Positions 30,441 to 41,308 are shown, counted from the stretch's first letter. The stretch is DNA of 64,000 nt from Pseudomonadota bacterium (GCA_041175465.1 JBEDEX010000002.1:36405-100404); one strand, 5' to 3'. Numbers and translations are program-made. The notes: generated by a model from the letters alone, not told the origin.

Positions 30441-32240
30441 ATGCCAAGCTATACCGCCCCCGTTCGCGACACGCAGTTCATCCTTAACGAAGTTTTGGGT
30501 GTTGAGCGCTACGCCAATCTGCCCGGATTTGAAAATGCCAGCGCGGACATGATTGATGCGATCCTGACGGAAGGCGCTAAATTTGTGGAAAATGTGCTTT
30601 TCCCTTTGAACCAGGTTGGTGATCTGCAGGGTTGCACGCGCCATGAGGATGGTAGCGTGACCACGCCCGAGGGCTTCAAAGAAGCCTATAAGCTTTATTG
30701 TGAAGGTGGCTGGGGCACATTGTCGAGCCCCGTGGAGTTTGGCGGGCAGGGCATGCCGCACATCGTATCCATGGCCTTTGAAGAGCTTATGGCAAGTTCC
30801 AACATGGCGTTCGCTATGTATCCAGGTTTGACGCAGGGCGCGGTATCCGCGATTTTGGTTAAGGGCAGCGATGAACAGAAGGCCAAATATGCCCCGAACA
30901 TGATTTCGGGCAAATGGGGCGGGACAATGAACCTGACCGAGCCACATTGTGGAACCGACCTTGGCCTTATTCGGACCAAGGCAGAACCCAATGCAGATGG
31001 CAGCTATGCGATTTCCGGGACCAAGATTTTCATCTCGTCGGGTGAGCATGACCTGACCGAAAATATTATTCATTTGGTACTCGCAAAAACACCCGGTGCA
31101 CCGGACAGCGTAAAAGGCATATCATTGTTCATCGTGCCGAAATTCCTTGTGAATAACGACGGATCACTTGGCGCACGCAATGCTTTGTCTTGTGGTTCGA
31201 TTGAACATAAAATGGGCATTCACGGCAATGCCACCTGCGTCATGAATTATGACGGCGCGACTGGCTATTTGGTGGGCGAAGAAAATAAAGGTCTCGCGGC
31301 GATGTTTATCATGATGAACATCGCGCGGCTTGGCGTCGGGCAGCAGGGCTTAGGCATTGCCGAAGTCGCTTACCAAAATGCGGTGCATTATGCGCAAGAC
31401 CGCCGTCAGGGCCGCGCACTGACTGGGCCACAGGATTTGGAGCAAAAGGCCGACACTTTGTTCGTCCATCCCGATGTGCGCCGTATGTTGATGGATGCAA
31501 AGGCGTTTACTGAGGGTATGCGTGCCTTGTGCCTATGGGGCGCATTACAGGCCGATTTACTGCATCATGCGCAAACTGAGGAAGAGCGGCAGACTGCCGA
31601 TGACCTGCTGTCCTTGCTGACGCCTGTCATCAAGGGCTATGGCACGGACAAGGGCTATGAAGTCGCAACCAATGCGCAGCAAGTCTATGGCGGCCATGGC
31701 TACATCGCCGAATGGGGCATGGAGCAATATGTTCGCGATGCTCGTATCGCGATGATCTATGAAGGCACAAACGGCGTGCAAGCCATGGATCTCGTCGGCC
31801 GGAAGCTCGCGCAAAATGGTGGTCGCGCTATTCAGGCGCTTTTCAAAATTGTGGACGAAGAATGCGCCGCTGCCAAGGATGGGCCGCTGGCGGATCTGGC
31901 TGGTCGTCTGGAGAAGGCCAATGGCGATTTGAAGGCGTCGACCATGTGGTTCATGCAAAATGCTATGGCCAATCCGAACAATATCGGCGCAGGCGCGCAT
32001 CACTACATGCACATCATGGGCATTGTCGCGCTTGGCCTGCAATGGCTACGTATGGCGCAAAGCGCACAGAAGGCGTTGGATTCAGGCACAGGAAACGCAT
32101 CATTCTACCAAAGCAAACTGGTGACGGCGCGTTATTTTGCAGAGCGTCACATGCCCGATTGCGGCGCGCTTCGTCGCAAGATTGAAGCCGGCAGTGAGGC
32201 AATCATGGCACTTACGCCGGAAATGTTCGCAGCAGCCTAA
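30441..32240 (+). CDS. Acyl-CoA dehydrogenase (long, C-terminal domain type)
   Basis: [60 protein letters not shown]. Confidence 0.95.
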   Translation: MPSYTAPVRDTQFILNEVLGVERYANLPGFENASADMIDAILTEGAKFVENVLFPLNQVGDLQGCTRHEDGSVTTPEGFKEAYKLYCEGGWGTLSSPVEFGGQGMPHIVSMAFEELMASSNMAFAMYPGLTQGAVSAILVKGSDEQKAKYAPNMISGKWGGTMNLTEPHCGTDLGLIRTKAEPNADGSYAISGTKIFISSGEHDLTENIIHLVLAKTPGAPDSVKGISLFIVPKFLVNNDGSLGARNALSCGSIEHKMGIHGNATCVMNYDGATGYLVGEENKGLAAMFIMMNIARLGVGQQGLGIAEVAYQNAVHYAQDRRQGRALTGPQDLEQKADTLFVHPDVRRMLMDAKAFTEGMRALCLWGALQADLLHHAQTEEERQTADDLLSLLTPVIKGYGTDKGYEVATNAQQVYGGHGYIAEWGMEQYVRDARIAMIYEGTNGVQAMDLVGRKLAQNGGRAIQALFKIVDEECAAAKDGPLADLAGRLEKANGDLKASTMWFMQNAMANPNNIGAGAHHYMHIMGIVALGLQWLRMAQSAQKALDSGTGNASFYQSKLVTARYFAERHMPDCGALRRKIEAGSEAIMALTPEMFAAA

Positions 32241-32264
32241 ACACTCACTGCATCGTCAGAAAAC

Positions 32265-32296
32265 AAAATGCCGGGAACATGGGTCCCGGCATTTTT
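32265..32296. terminator. Bidirectional intrinsic terminator (acyl-CoA DH / cysK)
   Basis: AAAATGCCGGGA-ACATGGG-TCCCGGCATTTTT. Confidence 0.85.
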
Positions 32297-32315
32297 CGTG
32301 TATGCACAGTTTGGC

Positions 32316-33236
32316 TTATTCAACCGGTAAGAAATCCGGAACCGACAGATAGCGTTCACCAGTATCATAATTGAAACCAAGCACGCGGGTACCTGCGGGT
32401 AGTTCGGGAATTTTCTGCGCAATTGCAGCAAGCGTTGCGCCCGATGAAATACCGACCAGCATACCCTCTTCGCGTGCAGCGCGGCGGGCGTGCTCCTTAG
32501 CATTTTCCGGATCAACCTGAATAACACCGTCTAGCAAAGCGGTGTGTAAATTGTCTGGAATGAAGCCCGCGCCAATCCCTTGGATGGCGTGTGGACCCGG
32601 TTGGCCGCCGCTAATGACAGGCGATAATGTTGGTTCAACCGCAAATACTTTCAGATTTGGCCAAGCCTTTTTCAAAACTTCAGCGCAACCTGTGATATGC
32701 CCACCTGTGCCAACACCAGTGATCATCACATCAATAGGGGTGTCGGCAAAATCTTCTAATATCTCCAGCGCCGTTGTGCGCACATGGACATTGATATTGG
32801 CCGGATTTTCAAATTGCTGGGGCATCCATGAATTTGCGGTTTGCGATACCAATTCTAACGCGCGTTCAATCGCGCCCTTCATGCCCTTTTCGCGCGGTGT
32901 CAGGTCAAAGGTGGCGCCATAAGCGAGCATCAAGCGGCGACGCTCCAGCGACATGGATTCAGGCATGACGAGGATAAGCTTATAGCCCTTGACCGCCGCC
33001 ACCATGGCGAGGCCGACGCCGGTGTTGCCCGAGGTTGGTTCAATGATTGTGCCGCCGGGTTTAAGGCTGCCGTCTTTTTCGGCCGCTTCTATCATAGCCA
33101 AGGCAATGCGGTCCTTAATCGACCCACCGGGGTTTGACCGTTCCGATTTAATCCAGACCTCTGCATTCGGGAACATACGTCCCATGCGAATATGCGGACT
33201 GTTACCAATGGTTTCGAGGATAGATTGCGCCTTCAT
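32316..33236 (-). CDS. cysK: Cysteine synthase A (O-acetylserine sulfhydrylase)
   Basis: [12 protein letters not shown] (PLP Lys), [36 protein letters not shown]. Confidence 0.97.
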   Translation of the reverse strand: MKAQSILETIGNSPHIRMGRMFPNAEVWIKSERSNPGGSIKDRIALAMIEAAEKDGSLKPGGTIIEPTSGNTGVGLAMVAAVKGYKLILVMPESMSLERRRLMLAYGATFDLTPREKGMKGAIERALELVSQTANSWMPQQFENPANINVHVRTTALEILEDFADTPIDVMITGVGTGGHITGCAEVLKKAWPNLKVFAVEPTLSPVISGGQPGPHAIQGIGAGFIPDNLHTALLDGVIQVDPENAKEHARRAAREEGMLVGISSGATLAAIAQKIPELPAGTRVLGFNYDTGERYLSVPDFLPVE

Positions 33237-34561
33237 GTACTTTTTCCTCTATATTGTGGTTCAAATGTGCGGGCGTTTTTAAGCTCGGGGAATAATCCCG
33301 CCCAAATTGCTGTAACGAATATGGCACCAGCGCCCCCAAATACAACTGCGCCAACGGGGCCAAGGGCGGCAGCGGCAACACCGGACTGCAATTCACCCAG
33401 TTCGTTGGAGGCAGAAATGGCGAGGCCCGAAACGGAACTTACCCGTCCGCGCATCTCGTCCGGGGTGTTGAGCTGCACAAGCGATGAGCGCACATAAACG
33501 GATAGCATGTCCGATGCGCCGAGCACGACCAGCATAACCAAAGCCACCGCCATTCCGGCGCCCATGTTCAGGAAACCAATGCGCGCGTCGCCGAAGACAT
33601 GCGTGCCGATTTCATGGCTTAGGCCGAAACCTATTGTCGCAATCCCAAACACCACGACGGCCCATAGCATTTTTGCGCCGACATTGTGACGCAGTGGTCG
33701 GAAGGTAAGCATGAGCGCCACGACTGAGGCGCCGATAGCAGGTGCCGCGCGCAACTGCCCAAGACCATCGGGACCAACCATCAATATGTCGCGCGCATAG
33801 ACCGGCAGCATGGCCGTTGCCCCAGCGAGCAACACCGCAAACAGGTCAAGCGTTATGGCACCTAATAAGAATCGTTCCGACCAAGTGTAACGCATACCAT
33901 CGACCATTTGGCGGATGGGGTGGATTTTCCTTTCCATCGGCGGCGGATAGACAGGCCGCACGAAACTTAGGCTGATTGTCGCCATCAACATAAGGCCGGC
34001 CGAAGCGAAATATGGTAGTGATGGATTGGCTGCAAACATTAGGCCACCTGCCGCGGGGCCAATGACCGAACCGATTTGCCAAGCAATGGAGCTTAACGCA
34101 ATCGCGCGGGGCAGGGAACTGGGGGGCACAATGTTGGGTGCAATCGCCGACATGGACGGCCCAACAAATACGCGTGCGACACCGTGCAAAGCTGCAAACA
34201 GGAAAAGGAGTGGGAGCGTCAGTCCGTCCACATAAGTGAACCAACCCAAAGCAAGCGCCACCATCATGTCGATGTTATTGGCGAGCCGCGCCACCGTTCG
34301 CCGTTCCCAGCGATCTGCCGCCCATCCCGCCACCGGCGTCAGCAGCGCTAGGGGAACAAACTGCACTAGCCCCAACAGGCCCAGTTGCAACGACGCCTCG
34401 CGAATGGACATGCCATAATCGCTGCGTGCGATGTCATAAGCCTGATAGCCGATAACAACGACCATCCCCATAGTGGCAAGCACAGCCATAAAGCGCGCCA
34501 TCCAATAAAAGCGGAAGTCAGCGATCTTTAACGGATGAATTTCAGCGGAAATATCAGTCAT
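33233..34561 (-). CDS. MFS transporter (DHA3/H+ antiporter-like)
   Basis: ~12 [12 protein letters not shown] motif [43 protein letters not shown]. Start ATG 34561; stop overlaps the cysK start. Confidence 0.9.
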   Translation of the reverse strand: MTDISAEIHPLKIADFRFYWMARFMAVLATMGMVVVIGYQAYDIARSDYGMSIREASLQLGLLGLVQFVPLALLTPVAGWAADRWERRTVARLANNIDMMVALALGWFTYVDGLTLPLLFLFAALHGVARVFVGPSMSAIAPNIVPPSSLPRAIALSSIAWQIGSVIGPAAGGLMFAANPSLPYFASAGLMLMATISLSFVRPVYPPPMERKIHPIRQMVDGMRYTWSERFLLGAITLDLFAVLLAGATAMLPVYARDILMVGPDGLGQLRAAPAIGASVVALMLTFRPLRHNVGAKMLWAVVVFGIATIGFGLSHEIGTHVFGDARIGFLNMGAGMAVALVMLVVLGASDMLSVYVRSSLVQLNTPDEMRGRVSSVSGLAISASNELGELQSGVAAAALGPVGAVVFGGAGAIFVTAIWAGLFPELKNARTFEPQYRGKST

Positions 34562-34648
34562 ATTCTGTGGGCCTATCGGCTTGCACAAGCAAGTGCAAGA
34601 CAGGGGCGTTTATTTGACGACGAAGCTACGTATTGTATGCAGGGCAGA

Positions 34649-35794
34649 TTATCCTGCGTCTTCTGGTGCGCCATGATAATCATTGATCGTTTCGAATATT
34701 GTTGTCAGCGCGGCGCGTTCGTCTGGCGATATTTCCGGACGCCAGATTTCAAATAGCAAAATGACGCGCGTTTTGTCGCTTTTGTTCCATGCCTCATGCT
34801 CAAAACTGTCATCGAAAATCAACGCTTCGCCCTCACGCCAGCTGCGCGTTTCATTGCCGACGCGAATGGCACAATCCTGCGGGACGATTAACGGAATGTG
34901 GCAGATGAGGCGGGTATTCAGCAGGCCATGATGCGGCTGAATATGCGTATCTGGTTTCAGTAAGGACCATAATGCAATCGGCGATCTTTGGTCGATCAGT
35001 GGCATAGGCGCATGTTGTAATGCTTGCATAGTCGCGGGGCAGCGCGCTGCATTTTCGGCGACTATTTCCCCGTTACGCCAAAAATAAAAAGCGCCCCATT
35101 TAGGATCGTTAATCAGCGGATTGGCTGCACGCGGCCGGTCGCTATTTGCCTCCACATAGGGCGCGAAGTCTTGACCATCGGCCAACACCGTGCGCAATTC
35201 CGCTTGCATTTCCGGCACGGCCTGCTCGATTTCTGTAAGCCACTGAAATTCGCTGCGTTCGTAAAATTGTCGTTGCGGCAAGCCTGGGAAATAAAAGCTG
35301 GAAGGCTGCTGAAGGTAAAGCTGTTTACGGCCAAGCAACAAATCGACGGCGGTTCCGACCCTGCCGTCGCGGCTAAAGCCGGCCTGCTTAAGGCCCTCAA
35401 CCAAATGCTGTTCGAACTTGATATGCACCTGTTCCACAAAATCACGCGCGCGGTGGAGCATCGGGTGAAGCGCAGCTGGCACGTTGGGAATACCCGCAGC
35501 TTGATTGAGGGCAGCTTGAAAGAAGGATTTTGCTGCGCGGTCATCGCCCAATCGTGCCTTCAATTCACCAGACAGCATCAATGCCGGCAGGCTGCGCGGC
35601 TCAATATCAAGCTGGCGCTGTAACGCAGCCTCCTCGGCGGACACATCGCCTATCAGGTTGCAAGCCTGCGCCAAAAGCAGCCAAGGCATTTCACTTTCCG
35701 GAAGCTCCGCAAGCAGGCGTTGCGCCATGACGCCATCGCGCCGCTGAACCGCCGCTCTGGCGTCAGTGATGATATTGGAAGTCTCCGCGCTCAT
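34649..35794 (-). CDS. TPR + aspartyl/asparaginyl beta-hydroxylase-family 2OG-Fe(II) dioxygenase
   Basis: N-terminal TPR-like helices. C-terminal IQPHHGLLNTRLICHIPL...WREGEALIFDDSFEHEAWN...RVILLFEIWRP. No TM segment. Confidence 0.9.
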   Translation of the reverse strand: MSAETSNIITDARAAVQRRDGVMAQRLLAELPESEMPWLLLAQACNLIGDVSAEEAALQRQLDIEPRSLPALMLSGELKARLGDDRAAKSFFQAALNQAAGIPNVPAALHPMLHRARDFVEQVHIKFEQHLVEGLKQAGFSRDGRVGTAVDLLLGRKQLYLQQPSSFYFPGLPQRQFYERSEFQWLTEIEQAVPEMQAELRTVLADGQDFAPYVEANSDRPRAANPLINDPKWGAFYFWRNGEIVAENAARCPATMQALQHAPMPLIDQRSPIALWSLLKPDTHIQPHHGLLNTRLICHIPLIVPQDCAIRVGNETRSWREGEALIFDDSFEHEAWNKSDKTRVILLFEIWRPEISPDERAALTTIFETINDYHGAPEDAG

Positions 35795-35860
35795 GCTTTA
35801 CCTTAACCGCAATGAACGCGTCTTTACCAGCCCCATCATGGCGTCCCTCACGCTGGCGAT

Positions 35861-38164
35861 TCAGCTTATGCTTACAAAGCTGTCCATAACGCGCTTGCGG
35901 CCGGCCTGTTCAAAATCGATCTCCAGCTTGTTGCCTTCAATCAACACAATCGCGCCATAGCCGAATTTTTCATGAAAAACGCGCAGGCCAATGCTGAGAT
36001 CGCTTCGGCCCTTGTTACCCAGGCTGACGGCGCTGCGCGTGTTTTCCGCTATGCGCTGCGGGCGCGGGTTGAAACCGCCAGAGGTTGCCGCGCGTTGCCA
36101 ACCTGGGCCACGCGCGTTGCTGCGGCCTTGATTGGCGGCGGCCAGATGCGCGAATGGGTCGGTCTGCTCGCTCCAGTTGGCACGCCATAAGGATGCGCCG
36201 CCTGTCATGGTCTGTTCGGCCTCGATATGGTCGAGCGGCAATTCTTCAATGAAACGGCTGGGAATGCTGCTGGTCCATTGGCCATAAATCCGGCGATTTG
36301 CGGCATGGATGATGGTGCATTTGCGCTTGGCGCGTGTAATCGCAACATAAGCTAGGCGGCGTTCTTCTTCCAAGGAGGCAAGGCCACCTTCGTCAAGCGC
36401 GCGTTGCGACGGAAAAATGCCTTCTTCCCACCCGACCAAGAAGACATTGTCATATTCAAGCCCCTTGGCGGCATGGATGGTCATAATCGTGACGCTTGCG
36501 CCTGTGTCGCCGCGGTCATTGTCCATGACCAAACTCACATGCTCCAGAAACTCGCCCAACGTTTCATATTCTTCCATCGCGCGGGCAAGTTCGCTCAAGT
36601 TTTCAAGGCGGCCCGAAGCCTCCGTACTGCGTTCGGCCTGTAAGACGGCGGTATAGCCGCTTTCGTCCAATATCAGCCGTGTCAAATTGGCAGGCGACAT
36701 CGTCGCAGCCTCGTCACGCCAGCGGGCAATGTCGACCACCAAGTCTGCAAGGGATTTGCGTGCTTTACCCGTTAGTTCGTCGGTACCGACCAGACGTGCG
36801 GCGGCCACGGACAAAGGGGTCCTTTCTGCGCGCGCCACAATATGAATTTTTTCGACAGCCTTGTCGCCTATGCCGCGTTTTGGCACGTTGACGATCCGTT
36901 CAAAGGCAAGGTCGTCGGCAGGCTGATTGACGATGCGCAAATAGGCAATGGCATCGCGAATTTCGGCACGTTCGTAGAAACGAAAACCACCGACTATCCG
37001 ATAGTTAACGCCGATTTGTATGAAGCGATCTTCAAATTCACGCGTCTGGTGCTGGGCGCGCACGAGTATCGCAATACTGTCTAAGCTTTCGCCCTTATAC
37101 TGGATTGCTTCAATTTCCTCACCGACGCGGCGGGCCTCTTCAGGGCCATCCCAAACGCCAATAATCCAGACCTTTTCGCCGTCGTCCAACTCGGTCCATA
37201 ACGTCTTGCCAAGGCGTGTGCTATTGGCATCAATCAGGCCCGATGCAGCGGCAAGAATATGCGGCGTGCTGCGGTAATTTTGTTCCAGCTTGATCGTCTT
37301 TGCGCCTGGGAAATCCTTTTCAAAGCGCAGGATGTTTGCAACTTCGGCCCCGCGCCATGAATAGATGCTTTGGTCATCATCACCGACGCAGCAGATATTC
37401 TTGCGTTTCTGCGCCAGCAAGCGCAGCCAAAGATACTGGACAGCGTTTGTATCCTGATATTCGTCGACGAGAATATATTTGAACTGCGCTTGATATTTTT
37501 CGAGGATGTCTCGGTTGTTTTTCAGCAGGTTCAGGCCATGCAACAACAAGTCGCCAAAGTCGCAGGCGTTCAACGCCAGCAGCCGCGCCTGATACAGCGC
37601 ATACATATGCTTACCTTTACCGTTGGCAAAAGCTTCATTGTCGGCGGCATCTAAATCCGCAGGCGACTTGCCCGCATTTTTCCATTTGTCGAGTAAGCTC
37701 GCAAGCCCGCGCGCAGGAAAGCGCTTCTCGTCCAAATCTTCAGACTGAATGAGTTGTTTCAACAGCCGAAGCTGATCATCGGTATCGATAATCGTAAAGT
37801 TGCTTTGCAAGCCAATGACTTCGGCGTGACGACGCAGCAGTTTTGCGCCAATGCTATGGAAAGTGCCAAGCCATGGCATCCCCTCCACCGCGGCCCCAAC
37901 CATCGCGCCAACGCGCTCGCGCATTTCGCGCGCCGCCTTGTTGGTGAAAGTGACGGCAAGGATTTCGGACGGCCATGCTTGGCGCATATATAATATCTGC
38001 GCCATACGGGCGGTCAGCGCAGCCGTTTTACCCGTCCCTGCGCCCGCCAGCAGAAGCACAGGTCCCTCGGTCGTCAGCACGGCTTCACGCTGCGGTGGGT
38101 TTAACCCACGCAACCAAGGCGGTTCCGTTTGCGACGGATCGGACTGGACCTGAATTTCTGACAT
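35861..38164 (-). CDS. uvrD: UvrD/PcrA superfamily 1 DNA helicase
   Basis: LAGAGTGKT, VTFTNKAAREM, ILVDEYQD, VGDDDQSIYSWRG, LEQNYRST, TIHAAKGLE, EERRLAYVAITRA, C-terminal Tudor-like HEKFGYG. Start ATG 38164. Confidence 0.96.
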   Translation of the reverse strand: MSEIQVQSDPSQTEPPWLRGLNPPQREAVLTTEGPVLLLAGAGTGKTAALTARMAQILYMRQAWPSEILAVTFTNKAAREMRERVGAMVGAAVEGMPWLGTFHSIGAKLLRRHAEVIGLQSNFTIIDTDDQLRLLKQLIQSEDLDEKRFPARGLASLLDKWKNAGKSPADLDAADNEAFANGKGKHMYALYQARLLALNACDFGDLLLHGLNLLKNNRDILEKYQAQFKYILVDEYQDTNAVQYLWLRLLAQKRKNICCVGDDDQSIYSWRGAEVANILRFEKDFPGAKTIKLEQNYRSTPHILAAASGLIDANSTRLGKTLWTELDDGEKVWIIGVWDGPEEARRVGEEIEAIQYKGESLDSIAILVRAQHQTREFEDRFIQIGVNYRIVGGFRFYERAEIRDAIAYLRIVNQPADDLAFERIVNVPKRGIGDKAVEKIHIVARAERTPLSVAAARLVGTDELTGKARKSLADLVVDIARWRDEAATMSPANLTRLILDESGYTAVLQAERSTEASGRLENLSELARAMEEYETLGEFLEHVSLVMDNDRGDTGASVTIMTIHAAKGLEYDNVFLVGWEEGIFPSQRALDEGGLASLEEERRLAYVAITRAKRKCTIIHAANRRIYGQWTSSIPSRFIEELPLDHIEAEQTMTGGASLWRANWSEQTDPFAHLAAANQGRSNARGPGWQRAATSGGFNPRPQRIAENTRSAVSLGNKGRSDLSIGLRVFHEKFGYGAIVLIEGNKLEIDFEQAGRKRVMDSFVSIS

Positions 38165-38168
38165 ATGC

Positions 38169-38183
38169 GAACAGCTAGGGAAC
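38169..38183. promoter_or_regulatory. Alphaproteobacterial LexA (SOS) box
   Basis: GAAC-AGCTAGG-GAAC (GTTC-N7-GTTC on the uvrD strand), 4 nt before the uvrD ATG. Confidence 0.75.
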
Positions 38184-38253
38184 AACGCGCCGAACCGCAA
38201 GCGCTGTTCGGTCCTATAGTGGAACTATAATAGGGCGAAAAGTGAGTGCGTGG

Positions 38254-38802
38254 CTAAAGCGCCGCGGGCCGCAATAATGTAAGTTTTGCTTTGCCGACAT
38301 TACGGACCGTGTCGATCGTGAAGCCCTTCACCTCGACATCTTCCTTGATGCTCGTTTCAACGCTAATCCACGCGGAAGGCGCGAACCAACCAAAGCGACC
38401 CAGCTTATCCAGCGCGACTGAACCCGCGCCACTCAAATAAGGTGGATCCATTAAGACGATATCTGCCGGCTTTATTGCGGTACCGAGCGACAGTACTGAG
38501 GATTTCCGCACATCGCTTTGGTCTTTAGCGCCCAGCTTATGGATGTTCGTGGTAAGTGCATCGAGTGCGAGCGCATCCTGCTCGACGAAGGTGCAATGCG
38601 CTGCGCCGCGTGACAAAGCCTCAAGCCCAAGCGCGCCAGACCCCGCAAATAGGTCAAGCACACGCAAATCTTCAAACGATCCCAGCCGACTTGTCAGCAT
38701 GGAGAATAATGTCTCACGCGTGCGGTCTGCCGTCGGGCGGGTTGTGTCGCCTTTCGGCGCAACAAGCGGCCGCGAGCGCCACTGGCCGGAAATGATACGC
38801 AT
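38254..38802 (-). CDS. rsmD: 16S rRNA m2G966 methyltransferase
   Basis: MRIISGQWR, TRPTADRTRETLF, DLFAGSGALGLEA, DPPY. Confidence 0.95.
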   Translation of the reverse strand: MRIISGQWRSRPLVAPKGDTTRPTADRTRETLFSMLTSRLGSFEDLRVLDLFAGSGALGLEALSRGAAHCTFVEQDALALDALTTNIHKLGAKDQSDVRKSSVLSLGTAIKPADIVLMDPPYLSGAGSVALDKLGRFGWFAPSAWISVETSIKEDVEVKGFTIDTVRNVGKAKLTLLRPAAL

Positions 38803-39647
38803 TATTTCAACGTCTTTCGAAATTCGATGAGGTCCACACGGCGCACTTCGCCGACGGTGCCGGGCGCGAGTTCACCCAGAACGAACGGGCCATAACGGGT
38901 GCGAATGAGTCGGCTGACTTCAAGACCCAAATGTTCCAATACGCGGCGGACTTCGCGGTTTTTACCTTCCGTTAGCGTCATTTCTACCCAGCCATTGCGG
39001 CCCGTTCGGCGTTCCAGATTGGCATCGATTTTACCATATTTCACGCCATCAATCTCGATACCGTGAATGAGTTCTTCCAGCTGTTCCTGACTGACATCAC
39101 CAAAGCAACGCGCGCGATAGGTGCGCTCAACTCCGGTCGACGGCAATTCCATCTGGCGTTTGAATTCGCCATCATTGGTCAGCAACAACAAGCCTTCGGT
39201 GTTGAGATCGAGCCGCCCAATGGGCATCAGGCGCGGTAGATCCTTTGGAAGGACGTCGTATATTGTCTTGCGTCCGCTAAAGTCACGTTCAGCGGTCAGG
39301 CAGCCTTCGGGTTTGTGGAACATAAACAATTGGGTTGGGGCTGGTTGCCCCACGGCCTTACCATCCACAGCAACACCACGCAGCGACTTCAATAGGGTTG
39401 CAGGCGTTTCAACCTTTTCATTGTTCAGCGTGACTCGGCCATCAGCAATCATGCGTTCGATTTCGCGGCGCGACGCAACACCCGCGCGCGCGAGCAGCTT
39501 TGCGATGCGCTCTTCACCATCCTTACGTTCCAAAGCGCCCTTGCTAGGGCCGGCATTTGGGTTGGGTTTACGCGACGGTTTGCTGTCCCAACGCAGACGC
39601 GGTGGCTTGGTTGGACGGGCAGGTGCTTTTGACGGAGGTTTAACCAT
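38802..39647 (-). CDS. rluB: rRNA pseudouridine synthase, RsuA/RluB family with S4 domain
   Basis: ERIAKLLARAGVASRRE, IGRLDLNTEGLLLLTNDG, EGKNREVRR, LIRTRYG. Start ATG 39647. The exact paralog assignment is less certain. Confidence 0.85.
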   Translation of the reverse strand: MVKPPSKAPARPTKPPRLRWDSKPSRKPNPNAGPSKGALERKDGEERIAKLLARAGVASRREIERMIADGRVTLNNEKVETPATLLKSLRGVAVDGKAVGQPAPTQLFMFHKPEGCLTAERDFSGRKTIYDVLPKDLPRLMPIGRLDLNTEGLLLLTNDGEFKRQMELPSTGVERTYRARCFGDVSQEQLEELIHGIEIDGVKYGKIDANLERRTGRNGWVEMTLTEGKNREVRRVLEHLGLEVSRLIRTRYGPFVLGELAPGTVGEVRRVDLIEFRKTLK

Positions 39648-39739
39648 ATCCGCGCCTTTGACGCATATTGCTTTAAAAGTCACTGGCCATTCAGGAAAAT
39701 GGCGTTAGTCATCGTCGCAATTATGTTGGAGGGGTCCAA

Positions 39740-41308
39740 ATGTCGGTCGATTTGCTGCGTTTTATTATTTTTGCGGGTATTTTGTTCGCTCTGCCATTGA
39801 TCGCACTGACCGTTCCCGCTTTCCGGCCATATTTACGCAAAAACCCCGTCATTACCTTTCTGCTGGGCATTTCGAGCGGCTTTCCGCTGACGTTACTTGT
39901 CGCGACAATGACATTTTGGTTGGCAAAGGTCGGCATTGATACCGCGACCATCGGCTTTGCTGTGGCTTTGGGTATTCCATACACGCTCAAATTCCTCTGG
40001 GCGCCGTTGGTCGACAAGCTGCATTTGCCTATTTTGACTAAGTTGTTCGGCCAACGCCGCAGCTGGTTGTTCTTTGTGCAGGCCTTGCTTTTCGTGTCGA
40101 TATGGCAATTGGGCGCGAGCAATCCGCAGCCCGGTAACATGGGGCTATTTGCGGTTTGGGCATTGATCACGGCATTTTTGTCAGCAACGCAAGACATCGT
40201 CATTGACGCCTACCGTATCGAAATATTGGAAGAGGAAGAATTTGCGCACGGCACGGCGACAAACCAGTTTGGCTATCGCACGGGCAATTTGATTGCGGGT
40301 GCAGGGACCATCTATTTTGCTTCGCAAGAGGGGTTAGGGCTCGGATGGTCGACGGCGTATGGCTTGACTGCATTTTGCATCATTCCGGCAATCATTGGCG
40401 CGTTATGGGCAGGACCGGGCAAGTTTGTTGATCGTTTCGCCCATGTCGAGGGTATGAAGCCGAAACAGTGGTTGACAGAAGCTGTAATCAATCCGTTCCG
40501 TGAGTTTTTAACGCGGCATGGGGCATTCCTCATCCTTGGCTTTGTGCTTGTCTATAAGGTAGGCGATGCCATGGGGCAGGCGATGTTAAGCCCGATGATT
40601 GTCGACCTGGGCTTTTCCGACCTCGATTATATTTCGGCCAATAAATTATGGGGCTTCGGCGCGTTGATTGTGGGGTCGGCCTTGGGGGCACCTTTCATCT
40701 TGTGGCTGGGTATGGGCCGCGCTTTGCTCATTTCGGGCCTGCTGATGATGTTTTCCAACGTCATGTTCATGGTCTTGGCGGCTACGGGCAATAGTTATTG
40801 GATGATGGTTGCGGCCATTTGCACCGAGAATTTAACGAGCGGTATAGGCCTAACCGTTTTCGCGACTTATTTGTCGGGCCTGTCGAGCATCGCTTACACC
40901 GCGACGCAATTTGCGTTGCTGTCGTCTTTTGCGGGCGTTGGTCGGACGTTTATGGCGGGGCCAGCGGGTATTGTCGCAGAAAATGTAGGTTGGGTCGGCT
41001 TTTGGGGCTTTACCGTGGTCGCCGCGATACCGGGCATGATCTTGCTTTGGGTATTGTGGAGCAAAGGCTATGTCGTTCAAAGCATCCATCAGGTTGCAGC
41101 TGTCGATGAAAAGGCTTTGAAGGACCCGGTCGGGCCAATGCGTATCTTTGGTTTCTTGCTGGTCGTCGCTGGCCTCATAGGGCTGCTCCTTTCGCAACCT
41201 TTAGAGTTCGCAAATGATATCACATTGTCGTTTGCAGCATTGCTGGTAGCAGGCGGATTACTTGCTTGGAAAGGGCAGTCGAAGCGGGTGCCTCAGTCCG
41301 GCACCTGA
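39740..41308 (+). CDS. ampG: AmpG-family muropeptide MFS transporter
   Basis: LLGISSGFP, YTLKFLWAPLVD, GQRRSW, SATQDIVIDAYRIE, YTATQFALLSS. Confidence 0.9.
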   Translation: MSVDLLRFIIFAGILFALPLIALTVPAFRPYLRKNPVITFLLGISSGFPLTLLVATMTFWLAKVGIDTATIGFAVALGIPYTLKFLWAPLVDKLHLPILTKLFGQRRSWLFFVQALLFVSIWQLGASNPQPGNMGLFAVWALITAFLSATQDIVIDAYRIEILEEEEFAHGTATNQFGYRTGNLIAGAGTIYFASQEGLGLGWSTAYGLTAFCIIPAIIGALWAGPGKFVDRFAHVEGMKPKQWLTEAVINPFREFLTRHGAFLILGFVLVYKVGDAMGQAMLSPMIVDLGFSDLDYISANKLWGFGALIVGSALGAPFILWLGMGRALLISGLLMMFSNVMFMVLAATGNSYWMMVAAICTENLTSGIGLTVFATYLSGLSSIAYTATQFALLSSFAGVGRTFMAGPAGIVAENVGWVGFWGFTVVAAIPGMILLWVLWSKGYVVQSIHQVAAVDEKALKDPVGPMRIFGFLLVVAGLIGLLLSQPLEFANDITLSFAALLVAGGLLAWKGQSKRVPQSGT

